Shown: positions 52,131 to 64,000 of the stretch, in pieces
How the letters are laid out: each line of letters opens with the position of its first letter
How positions within the stretch are numbered: the first letter of the stretch is position 1
Source of the DNA: Octopus sinensis
Taxonomy: Eukaryota
Direction of reading: 5' to 3'
Assembly (NCBI RefSeq): GCF_006345805.1
Contig: NC_043016.1
Span: forward strand, 13,826,001-13,890,000
Length of the DNA stretch: 64,000 nucleotides
Made by a program: the position numbers and the translations under genes
The notes under the pieces: model-generated
Databases searched by the model: none
The model's input: the letters and a program-made list of their open reading frames with translations, nothing else
Told to the model about the DNA's origin: nothing

Positions 52131-52599
52131 AACAATACACAAAATGTTTTAACAATTTTTAGTACAATTCCTAATAATAATTCAATTATAAAATATGATA
52201 AGGATTGTTTAAACATCGAAATGTCTATGAAAGTTCACTCAAGTAAAATAGGAATCAAAGTGGGGCCCATAGGTAAAAACTGGTGGCAAACTCTTGATAT
52301 AGAACTATTATCAAAGATATATACCAGCTGGAACCGCTCTGTATTTTCGTGTATATCCTAGACTAAAATATCCCCTGTTTCTTTGATTAAAACGTAGTAT
52401 GTTATTTGGTGACCTGTGATAAAGTCACAGGAAAAAAGTCTCAATTCATTTATGGGATACCAGCAAAAACCTTCGGACCCCCTCCCCGGACAAAACCCCT
52501 GTGACTTTTTAATTTTTTTACCTAGATTCGTTATTTGATAGAGATTTGACTGCTATTTCTTGTAGCTTTTCACTCGATTGCTAGAAAACGATAAGTTAT

Positions 52600-53270
52600 G
52601 TATGGTGTCAATAAAACATTTAAGCAAAAGAGAAAATGCCCCATACTGTTGACACGGTCATGTTGATACCTAATAAAATGTGTTATTAGTACCGGCCAAA
52701 GAAAATTGCGGGAAAATACCCAAGGTTAGGTTTTCGCCGATGTTTATCTCTAATTAATGACTTATTATTCTATTGGTTACTACGGACGGACGTACTTTCA
52801 ATGCAAAATACGATGACTGTAATTTGTAATTCTGTATTTATAATTTGTCATGGTTCGTATTTATCTTCACTAGGTAAAGAAGCTTCTTTTATCACGTGGA
52901 TTACCGTATGTTTGGGCGGGCACACATTTATATTTGCTCGTTATAACCATTGTAAACCCGAGAAGTAAATGGCAGGCTTATGATCTATTTGGAAAGTTAA
53001 TATCTTTTGGATACTTTGCAGCAACGAACATTACCAGAATAATAGAAACGATAATTGAAAAGAAAGGAAGCCCTTTGTTATCGCCGTTGCTATCAACAAG
53101 CATTTGGCTTTGCTGACAATATGTCAAAACACTGCAGATACGGCGGGCTTGAAAGGTTGTCGTCGTCATGTCGACTACTTTTAATGAAATATTTATAATT
53201 TCTGTCTGTCTCATGATAATCTTGTTCAATCAAGGCGGACAGGATGTGGAAACTGTAGTCTTCAATAATA
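52600..53270. promoter_or_regulatory. CpG-retaining unique region, possible promoter
   Basis: Visibly many CpGs, ATTGG at ~52772, GGGCGGG at 52914-52920. Confidence 0.25.
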
Positions 53271-53869
53271 GTAATAACAGTAAAAATGATGGTGATGATG
53301 ATTTCTTTATTTTAAACACAAAGGGTTTACATTAGAAAAACATTAAGGACGGAACTGGAAAAAAAAACAGTGTGTGTGTGTGTTTGTGTGTGTGTATGTG
53401 TGTGTGTTGGGGGTGAGAGTTTGCATGTGAGCAGGTTTAGCAAAAAGGAAAAAATTAATGTATATTCATAAATGGAGAATAGACGTTTGAGGGCTGTTCA
53501 AGGGGGAAAAATAACCTCACAAAATCATGGGTGCCCTGACTTCTGGGGTAGGTTTCTCAGTTTTCAGAGATATATAACTTTTCTCAGTTCATCATCTCTG
53601 ATTTACAGACGAATGCTCAGGGCAGACCATTTACTTGTACCAAGTTTACCATTCTCATCTACCTTTTAGTAAAATGGTTAGAAGGCAACACTTCTCTCTC
53701 CACCCTTATTTTTCTCATCAAGTGAAATGAAAAAGTTGTTGAGTGATTGGCCAAAGCAGAAAGGGCTTGTCTTCAGCTCCTTCAATTGTGTCCACCATAT
53801 AGCTTCTTTTGCCATGGCCATGTGGTACATAAAAGCTGCCTACACTTCCTGGTTAAAAGAAGGCAGTGG

Positions 53870-54545
53870 GGCAATCTTCATGATGGATTCAGTTGATAAC
53901 TGAATCTGTCCTACATGTGACAGCAGGTGTTCAACATAAACCCACAGGTTAGCAATCCCTGGGCATCAAAGGGCCTTAGAGTTAACGTAGCAAAAACCAA
54001 AGTCTTAGTAAGTAGGGAAAGCAAACAAATCACAAATCTCCTCAGATAGATGACCCTGCTTGATCTGTAAGAAAGGCACAGGTAGAAATTCCATAAGATG
54101 TACCTGGTGTAAGCTGTGGACACATAAGAGGTGCAGCAATAGCAGAGGAAGGTCAACAGGGGAAAATAGTCTTTGTGTGTGGTAGCTGCACAGGTACAAT
54201 CAACATTATAAATGTTCAGAAAATAGACTCCATCACAGGCAAGGGGGGAAAACTAGAAGTATATGACAGCTTCCATTACCTAGGTGACCTAGTCAGTAGC
54301 AGGGGTGGATGCTCCAAGAGCAAAGTTACTAGAATAAGAATAGGTTGAGAAAAATTCAGAGAGCTACTTCTGTTGGTAACAAAGAGCCTCTCCCTCAGAG
54401 TGAAAGGCAGATTGTATGAGGCCTGTGTGTAAACAGCCATGCTACACAGCAGTGAAACATGGGCTGTGACTGCCGGGGACATGCATAGGCTTGAAAGAAA
54501 TGAAGTTAGTATGCTTTGCTGGATGTGTAATGTCAGTGTGCTTGT
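53870..54545 (+). mobile_element. Decayed RTE fragments
   Basis: Diverged match to 50900-51480 (AAATTCCATAAGATGTACC..GTAAGCTGTGGACACATAAGAGGTGCAGC and CTCAGAGTGAAAGGCAGATTGTATGA). Confidence 0.7.
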
Positions 54546-55261
54546 ATAACAAAATTTTGACGTGTCACCATTGTCACTTTGGTTTCTATTGTAATTTACT
54601 TTCACTTTTTTGATAACTTTAAACTGCAAATCAACTTAAAAAAAAGGTCTCCGGTTAATGATAACCTTCTTTTTTTTTCCAAAAGATCAGCATCTGTCGT
54701 TTACCCTCTCTTAATGAAACTGTTTACCCACACACATTTGTGTGTGTATGCATAAATACATGCAATATATACATACACACACACACACGGACATTCATAC
54801 ATACATAGTTTAGTTCACGTAAATGGTCATTTATGTTGACCATTTAACATCACGCGTTCAGTCTGTGAAGGATGGCTCTCTCGTAATTTCTGAATGCATT
54901 GACTCTAGAGCAGTATTCTGTGTTCTAACACAACTTCCACAAATAAATCTTTTATTAAGAAACAACAACAAAAATAAAAGTGAATGTATGTTTTATATAA
55001 CTTGCTTCACTAACATATTTTGTGATTAAAATTGAATGCTCTAGTTTAAGGAGTTGACTAATTATTATTATTAGTCAAGTAGCTAATTATTTGATAAAAC
55101 GATTAGTTAATCAGTAGATTAGTCAACTAATAACAAGCAAAAAGAAAGCAACTAGAACAAATATGGGTGTTTTTATTGGCAAAATAACTCTCGCAAGATA
55201 ATTATGTGCATGTGTGTGTATGTGTGTGCATGTGTATGTGTGTGTGTGTGTGTGTGTGTGC

Positions 55262-58200
55262 CTCAGCATGGCCACAGTTCAACTTAAACCACAGTCCAAT
55301 GACTGAAACAAGTAAAACATAAAAGATATACTGGGATTGATTTGTTCAACTAAAACCCTTCAAGGTGGTGCCCCAGCATGGCCACAGTCCACTGACTGAA
55401 ACAAGTAAAAGATAAAAGATATACTGGGATTGATTTGTTCAACTAAAACCCTTCAAGGTGGTGCCCCAGCATGGCCACAGTCCACTGACTGAAACAAGTA
55501 AAAGATAAAAGATATACTGGGATTGATTTGTTCAACTAAAACCTTCAAGGTGGTGCCCCAGCATGGCACAGTCCAACGACTGAAACAAGTAAAAGATAAA
55601 AGATATACTGGGATTGATTGTTCAACTAAAACCCTTCAAGGTGGTGCCCCAGCATGGCCACAGTCCACTGACTGAAACAAGTAAAAGATAAAAGATATAC
55701 TGGATTGATTTGTTCAACTAAAACCCTTCAAGGTGGTGCCCCAGCATGGCCACAGTCCAATGACTGAAACAAGTAAAAGATAAAAGATATACTGGGATTG
55801 ATTTGTTCAACTAAAACCCTTCAAGGTGGTGCCCCAGCATGGCCACAGTCCAATGACTGAAACAAGTAAAAGATAAAAGATATACTGGGATTGATTTGTT
55901 TAACTAAAACCCTTCAAGGTGGTGCCCCAGCATGGCCACAGTCCACTGACTGAAACAAGTAAAAGATAAAAGATATACTGGGATTGATTTGTTCAACTAA
56001 AACCCTTCAAGGTGGTGCCCCAGCATGGCCACAGTCCACTGACTGAAACAAGTAAAAGATAAAAGATATACTGGGATTGATTTGTTTAACTAAAACCCTT
56101 CAAGGTGGTGCCCCAGCATGGCCACAGTCCAATGACTGAAACAAGTAAAACATAAAAGATATACTGGGATTGATTTGTTCAAGTAAAACCCTTCAAGGTG
56201 GTGCCCCAGCATGGCCACAGTCCAATGACTGAAACAAGTAAAACATAAAAGATATACTGGGATTGATTTGTTCAACTAAAACCCTTCAAGGTGGTGCCCC
56301 AGCATGGCCACAGTCCAATGACTGAAACAAGTAAAACATAAAAGATATACTGGGATTGATTTGTTCAAGTAAAACCCTTCAAGGTGGTGCCCCAGCATGG
56401 CCATAGTCCAATGACTGAAACAAGTAAAAGATAAAAGATATACTGGGATTGATTTGTTTAACTAAAACCCTTCAAGGTGGTGCCCCAGCATGGCCACAGT
56501 CCAATGACTGAAACAAGTAAAAGATAAAAGATATACTGGGATTGATTTGTTCAACTAAAACCCTTCAAGGTGGTGCCCCAGCATGGCCACAGTCCACTGA
56601 CTGAAACAAGTAAAAGATAAAAGATATACTGGGATTGATTTGTTCAACTAAAACCCTTCAAGGTGGTGCCCCAGCATGGCCATAGTCCACTGACTGAAAC
56701 AAGTAAAAGATAAAAGATATACTGGGATTGATTTGTTCAACTAAAACCCTTCAAGGTGGTGCCCCAGCATGGCCACAGTCCACTGACTGAAACAAGTAAA
56801 AGATAAAAGATATACTGGGATTGATTTGTTAACTAAAACCCTTCAAGGTGGTGCCCCAGCATGGCCACAGTCCACTGACTGAAACAAGTAAAAGATAAAA
56901 GATATACTGGGATTGATTTGTTCAACTAAAACCCTTCAAGGTGGTGCCCCAGCATGGCCACAGTCCACTGACTGAAACAAGTAAAAGATAAAAGATATAC
57001 TGGGATTGATTTGTTTAACTAAAACCCTTCAAGGTGGTGCCCCAGCATGGCCACAGTCCACTGACTGAAACAAGTAAAAGATAAAAGATATACTGGGATT
57101 GATTTGTTCAACTAAAACCCTTCAAGGTGGTGCCCCAGCATGGCCACAGTCCACTGACTGAAACAAGTAAAAGATAAAAGATATACTGGGATTGATTTGT
57201 TCAAGTAAAACCCTTCAAGGTGTGCCCCAGCATGGCCACAGTCCAATGACTGAAACAAGTAAAAGATAAAAGATATACTGGGATTGATTTGTTTAACTAA
57301 AACCCTTCAAGGTGGTGCCCCAGCATGGCCACAGTCCAATGACTGAAACAAGTAAAAGATAAAAGATATACTGGGATTGATTTGTTTAACTAAAACCCTT
57401 CAAGGTGGTGCCCCAGCATGGCCACAGTCCACTGACTGAAACAAGTAAAAGATAAAAGATATACTGGGATTGATTTGTTCAACTAAAACCCTTCAAGGTG
57501 GTGCCCCAGCATGGCCACAGTCCACTGACTGAAACAAGTAAAAGATAAAAGATATACTGGGATTGATTTGTTTAACTAAAACCCTTCAAGGTGGTGCCCC
57601 AGCATGGCCACAGTCCACTGACTGAAACAAGTAAAAGATAAAAGATATACTGGGATTGATTTGTTCAACTAAAACCCTTCAAGGTGGTGCCCCAGCATGG
57701 CCACAGTCCACTGACTGAAACAAGTAAAAGATAAAAGATATACTGGGATTGATTTGTTTAACTAAAACCCTTCAAGTGGTGCCCCCAGCATGGCCACAGT
57801 CCACTGACTGAAACAAGTAAAAGATAAAAGATATACTGGGATTGATTTGTTCAACTAAAACCCTTCAAGGTGGTGCCCCAGCATGGCCACAGTCCACTGA
57901 CTGAAACAAGTAAAAGATAAAAGATATACTGGGATTGATTTGTTTAACTAAAACCCTTCAAGGTGGTGCCCCAGCATGGCCACAGTCCACTGACTGAAAC
58001 AAGTAAAAGATAAAAGATATACTGGGATTGATTTGTTCAACTAAAACCCTTCAAGGGTGCCCCAGCATGGCCACAGTCCACTGACTGAAACAAGTAAAAG
58101 ATAAAAGATATACTGGGATTGATTTGTTCAACTAAAACCCTTCAAGGTGGTGCCCCAGCATGGCCATAGTCCACTGACTGAAACAAGTAAAAGATAAAAG

Positions 58201-60600
58201 ATATACTGGGATTGATTTGTTCAACTAAAACCCTTCAAGGTGGTGCCCCAGCATGGCCATAGTCCACTGACTGAAACAAGTAAAAGATAAAAGATATACT
58301 GGGATTGATTTGTTCAAGTAAAACCCTTCAAGGTGGTGCCCCAGCATGGCCACAGTCCAATGACTGAAACAAGTAAAAGATAAAAGATATACTGGGATTG
58401 ATTTGTTCAACTAAAACCCTTCAAGGTGGTGTCCCAGCATGGCCACAGTCCAATGACTGAAACAAGTAAAAGATAAAAGATATACTGGGATTGATTTGTT
58501 CAACTAAAACCCTTCAAGGTGGTGCCCCAGCATGGCCACAGTCCAATGACTGAAACAAGTAAAACATAAAAGATATACTGGGATTGATTTGTTCAAGTAA
58601 AACCCTTCAAGGTGGTGCCCCAGCATGGCCACAGTCCAATGACTGAAACAAGTAAAACATAAAAGATATACTGGGATTGATTTGTTCAAGTAAAACCTTC
58701 AAGGTGGTGCCCCAGCATGGCCACAGTCCAATGACTGAAACAAGTAAAACATAAAAGATATATGGATTGATTTGTTCAACTAAAACCCTTCAAGGTGGTG
58801 CCCCAGCATGGCCACAGTCCAATGACTGAAACAAGTAAAACATAAAAGATATACTGGGATTGATTTGTTCAAGTAAAACCCTTCAAGGTGGTGCCCCAGC
58901 ATGGCCACAGTCCAATGACTGAAACAAGTAAAACATAAAAGATATACTGGGATTGATTTGTTCAACTAAAACCCTTCAAGGTGGTGCCCCAGCATGGCCA
59001 CAGTCCAATGACTGAAACAAGTAAAACATAAAAGATATACTGGGATTGATTTGTTCAACTAAAACCCTTCAAGGTGGTGCCCCAGCATGGCCACAGTCCA
59101 ATGACTGAAACAAGTAAAACATAAAAGATATACTGGGATTGATTTGTTCAACTAAAACCCTTCAAGGTGGTGCCCCAGCATGGCCACAGTCCAATGACTG
59201 AAACAAGTAAAAGATAAAAGATATACTGGGATTGATTTGTTCAACTAAAACCCTTCAAGGTGGTGCCCCAGCATGGCCACAGTCCACTGACTGAAACAAG
59301 TAAAAGATAAAAGATATACTGGGATTGATTTGTTCAACTAAAACCCTTCAAGGTGGTGCCCCAGCATGGCCACAGTCCACTGACTGAAACAAGTAAAAGA
59401 TAAAAGATATACTGGGATTGATTTGTTCAACTAAAACCTTCAAGGTGGTGCCCCAGCATGGCCATAGTCCACTGACTGAAACAAGTAAAAGATAAAAGAT
59501 ATACTGGGATTGATTTGTTCAACTAAAACCCTTCAGGTGGTGCCCCAGCATGGCCACAGTCCACTGACTGAAACAAGTAAAAGATAAAAGATATACTGGG
59601 ATTGATTTGTTTTTAACTAAAACCCTTCAAGGTGGTGCCCCAGCATGGCCACAGTCCAATGACTGAAACAAGTAAAAGAAAAAGATATACTGGGATTGAT
59701 TTGTTTAACTAAAACCCTTCAAGGTGGTGCCCCAGCATGGCCATAGTCCACTGACTGAAACAAGTAAAAGATAAAAGATATACTGGGATTGATTTGTTCA
59801 ACTAAAACCCTTCAAGGTGGTGCCCCAGCATGGCCACAGTCCACTGACTGAAACAAGTAAAAGATAAAAGATATACTGGGATTGATTTGTTTAACTAAAA
59901 CCCTTCAAGGTGGTGCCCCAGCATGGCCACAGTCCACTGACTGAAACAAGTAAAAGATAAAAGATATACTGGGATTGATTTGTTCAACTAAAACCCTTCA
60001 AGGTGGTGCCCCAGCATGGCCATAGTCCACTGACTGAAACAAGTAAAAGATAAAAGATATACTGGGATTGATTTGTTCAACTAAAACCCTTCAAGGTGGT
60101 GCCCCAGCATGGCCATAGTCCACTGACTGAAACAAGTAAAAGATAAAAGATATACTGGGATTGATTTGTTCAAGTAAAACCCTTCAAGGTGGTGCCCCAG
60201 CATGGCCACAGTCCAATGACTGAAACAAGTAAAAGATAAAAGATATACTGGGATTGATTTGTTCAACTAAAACCCTTCAAGGTGGTGTCCCAGCATGGCC
60301 ACAGTCCAATGACTGAAACAAGTAAAAGATAAAAGATATACTGGGATTGATTTGTTCAACTAAAACCCTTCAAGGTGGTGCTCCAGCATGGCCACAGTCC
60401 AATGACTGAAACAAGTAAAAGATAAAAGATATACTGGGATTGATTTGTTCAAGTAAAACCCTTCAAGGTGGTGCCCCAGCATAGCCACAGTCCAATGAGC
60501 GAAACAAGTAAAAGATAAAAGATATACTGGGATTGATTTGTTCAACTAAAACCCTTCAAGGTGGTGCCCCAGCATGGCCACAATCCAATAATAAAAGATA
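55262..60600 (+). repeat. Tandem satellite, 93-bp unit, ~57 copies, derived from a family A-type SINE 3' tail
   Basis: Unit TGACTGAAACAAGTAAAAGATAAAAGATATACTGGGATTGATTTGTTCAACTAAAACCCTTCAAGGTGGTGCCCCAGCATGGCCACAGTCCAC. ORF spacings of 186 and 279 nt fit the period. Confidence 0.97.
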
Positions 60601-60849
60601 AAAAGGGAAGGGGAAAATTTAATGGCTGAGGTGTTTCAGGCATTTCTTCCTCAGAGAGGAGGAAAAGCCTGATGCTGGGAATATGGGCTGGGTAAGTTGA
60701 GGTATTTTTGACCAGTGAAAGGACAGAATGACAAGCATGTGTCTGTGTGTGCGTATGTGTGTTTGTATATAAAAAAACAGAAGAGGTCCTTCATAAATCA
60801 TAGATTCATAAGGCAGCTTTTCCAGATTCTGTGGTGTGTATATTCACCC

Positions 60850-61275
60850 CTGGGAACCAATTCTACTATATGGCTCAGAAACCTGGACGTTATCAAGGAA
60901 GCTTGAGAGGCGGTTGGATGGAACCTACACTCGCCTCCTTATGAGAGCTCAAAATCTCTCGTGGAAGGATCATCCAACCAAAATGCAAATATATGGGAAA
61001 CTACCACCTGTGTCATCTCTTGTGAAAGGTAGAAGAGTCCAATTTGCTGGACATTGTTGTAGAGCTGAAAACGAGGCAATTTCTCCTCTTCTCCTCTGGA
61101 AGCCATCTACTCGCGATACCAGAAGGCGCACACTCTCCTACCCTGATGTAATCTCCAGGGATACAGGCATTCAGCAACAGGACCTCCGTAATGCCATGAT
61201 GGACCGTGAAGTCTGGTGTAGCATGGTAAATTCCATTGTCTCGACCACGGTCAAACAATGATGATGATGATGATG
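60850..61275 (+). mobile_element. 5'-truncated RTE LINE 3' end (second family)
   Basis: EPILLYGSETWTLSRKLERRLDGTYTRLL...FAGHC...AMMDREVW with (TGA)n tail. Confidence 0.88.
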
Positions 61276-61969
61276 GGATTGGACACTGGCCTGTCGTAGG
61301 ACTAACTCATCTTTGCCAGCTGAGTGGAGTGGAGTAACATGTAATGAAGTGCTTCACTTGAAAAGACATTGCATTTGTGCAGTCCAAGAATCAAAACCAC
61401 AGTTTTACAATCATGTGTTCTACACTCGAACCACTAAGCCAGGCACCTTCATGTTTGTGCGTGAGAGGGATTTGGAAAAATAGTTTTGTGTGTGTGTGTG
61501 TGTGCACATGTATGTAAAGACAGAAATGTCAGAATTTTCTCATGTTGTGTTGTGTGTCTGTGTACATGTTACATTACAATGTGTGTACGTCTGTGTGTGA
61601 TTATTATGCAGTGTGTATGAGTGTCTATGAGTTGTGTGTACAACCATGTGTCTGCATGTGTGCATGTGTGTTTCTGCATGTATGTTATATGTACAGATCT
61701 CTAGATGTGTATGTTTGTGTTCATGTAAAAATGTGTCTGTCATATTTGTAATATGAATTTATGTCCGTGTATTTGATATTCATGTTTATTTTTGGTGTTC
61801 ATGTGTGTGTGTATCTGTGTATGTTTCTCTATGTGTAGTGTGTGTATATGTGAATGCATGTGTGTATGAGTGTGAAAGCCTGTGAAGACAGAAGTACGTC
61901 TATCATATTGTAATGAGCATGTGTTCATATATTTGGAAGTAACAACATGATATTTTACATTGTTAATGG

Positions 61970-62013
<44 letters not shown>

Positions 62014-62682
62014 GTGTGTAAGAGGAGATGATGGAGAAAGATGGGTAGAAATTGAGAACAAAGGCGTTTGGGTTTGAAAAGAGAAAATAGAACACTGCAC
62101 TCTGCAGTCAAGAGTTAGCGGATCCATTGTGTAAAACCAAACCAAGCACTATAAGATGTTGAGTTGAGTGGTTCTCTAATTATCAGCTAATTAAGACTGA
62201 AAATAGATAAAAATAAAATAACAGGGAATAGACAAAAGTGGAGTTCTGACATAGGATACATGACAGTTCATCATCCTGCTTTTGCAATAATAGGAGGGCC
62301 TGTAGTGATGGGAATGACCCACAAATCCCATAGAGTTTAGAAGGTCTGAGACTTCATGTAGGTGTATAACAACTCTGTATCATGATGTTTATTAAACAAG
62401 CACTTAAGTGCAAGCTAATATAATTTCTAACCCTTTTTAGTGCTAAGTCAGTAAGACATCTTCCACCAGCTAAAACCAGGCACTCCTCATCACTGACCAA
62501 TTCAAACCTTTGTTAATCTTACTATCAGCTACATTATGGACATATTCCACAAGCGATGGGAAGAACCTAAACCTGGGTTTAGAAAAAGAATGTTTATAAA
62601 CTGCCTGCCTGCTAATTCACCAGTCAAATAGGAATATGGCACTTAATGCTGCCAAAAGGGATGCTTTTTTTTTTAAATGAAG

Positions 62683-62876
62683 CAGCACCCAAATTTGACC
62701 CTAGTGCAAGGTTCGGAATGGAAAGGGAGCGTACACAAAAACGGGAAATAATTACAAAGGATGCTGACAATGATCGTAATGAGAAGCACCATCGGGAGGG
62801 TCATAAAGAACTAGAGAACTATGTAGGCTTTGCTAACTTACCAAATCAAGTTTACCGAAAATCTGTCAAAATCTAA
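62683..62876 (+). pseudogene. SEPT7: Septin-7 (peanut)-like N-terminal exon, truncated
   Basis: ELENYVGFANLPNQVYRKSVK (62808-62870) matches the septin-7 N-terminal motif. T-tract and AAG/CAG acceptor at 62682/62685. The expected RGFEFTLMVVG is replaced by I-stop, with no clean donor. Confidence 0.6.
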
Positions 62877-63354
62877 GTACATGGCAGAGTACCATTTCAG
62901 AGGGTTTGATATTGGCTCCTATATAAACTAACCATTGCTATGAATCTCCTCTATACATTTGTACACTGTGCTAATTTGGACAGTGTCTATCTGGGGGTAA
63001 AATTCTGCAGGTGTTCTGAAGTTACATCAAGGGGTGGGGAGACTATGATGCTCCCTATTTACTCCTGCTTTTGATCAGTAATACACATATTGCCAGCCAC
63101 CAAGGGACATGCTCAGCTGGTGAGGGTCAAGCAACTGGCATGCAAATCTGTGGTACTGAGTTGTAGCCCATCTTTTATACAAAGGTAAAATGTGCACATG
63201 TTGATACTTCCAATCAGTTAAGATCAGAAGCCATGAGAATCACTGCATGAGGGTGATTATTTATTTTTATCACAGGTTTTGTTGGAACTCCTTGAATCTT
63301 ACATGCGTAGCGGACTTACCACCTGCAGCCTACAGTGCCATGCTACTTGCTCTT

Positions 63355-63740
63355 TTCAGCTAATACTTCCCTGATTATTCTAGCCGTGCCAAAGAGGCAA
63401 ACCTTTTATAACAGTTCTACTAGGCACTCTATTCTAATTTCCTTTATATTCCTCTTGATACCTTCTGATACTATACCCAAGGACCCAACAATAATTGGCA
63501 CTATCTTCACCTTTATTTTCCATAACCGGGCTATTTCATACTGAAGATGGTTGTATCTATCTATTTTCTTGCCCTCCTTCTTGACTATTTGTTGGTCAAA
63601 GGGGTATGCAATATCAACTACATAGCACATGTGGTGCATCTTGTCAACCACCACTAGGTCCAGTCTGTTGTGCTCTAGCACCTGATCTATTTGGATTGGG
63701 AAATCCCAGAGGATTTCACAAGTCTCTGACTCCACAACTA
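63355..63740 (-). mobile_element. Decayed R4/Dong-type RLE fragment
   Basis: ILWDFPIQ..RLDLVVVD..VDIAYP..RYNHL..LWK..PIIVGSLG. Confidence 0.75.
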
Positions 63741-64000
63741 TAATAAATAACCTGATGTTACTTATTTTGGATAATGATAAAGAGCCTACAATTTTTCTTT
63801 TTGTTGTATGTTTACTGTTAATACTGACAAAATGAGTTGACTGTATTGTGCTGCATAATATGGTCTACTGGATTATGTAATAGCATCATTTAACTTACAG
63901 AAATGTGTGTACGTTATATAACGCATTAAGTACCAGTTACATTTTCTGTATTCCTTCATGCGTGTTTGTGTGTGTGTGCATGCATACACATAGGCATGCT

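Noticed and set aside
52978-53229. Minus-strand 83-aa ORF as a first coding exon
   Set aside because: No recognisable domain, and the orientation of the putative promoter is ambiguous.
55262-60600. CRISPR-like regular array and repeated 61-aa ORFs
   Set aside because: There are no unique spacers and no cas genes, and the context is eukaryotic. The ORFs exist only because 93 is divisible by 3.

Overview
Eukaryotic, AT-rich, repeat-dominated DNA. The SINE and LINE families look like those of an octopod cephalopod (inference from recognition, not from a search). There is no intact protein-coding gene, and most ORFs in the track are microsatellite or repeat artefacts. Contents: many tRNA-derived SINEs (one CORE-type family with an internal microsatellite); a young 5'-truncated RTE LINE (48350-52027, minus) with a tandemly amplified 3' UTR, plus many short RTE 3'-end copies; two R4/Dong-type RLE retroelement 3' ends embedded in (TAA)n; an internally deleted Gypsy LTR element with a nested CR1; Tc1/mariner, piggyBac-type and other MITE relics; a ~5.3 kb array of a 93-bp unit derived from a SINE 3' tail; and a truncated septin-7-like exon near 62.7 kb. 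The most interesting signal is a set of at least seven type I hammerhead ribozyme motifs of the Penelope-like-element kind. Several have palindromic helix III or long helix II inserts, and several sit inside fold-back palindromes. In one 183-bp-arm palindrome, nearly all arm mismatches fall on catalytic-core positions of one ribozyme copy. All alignments and folds were done by eye, and repeat boundaries are approximate.
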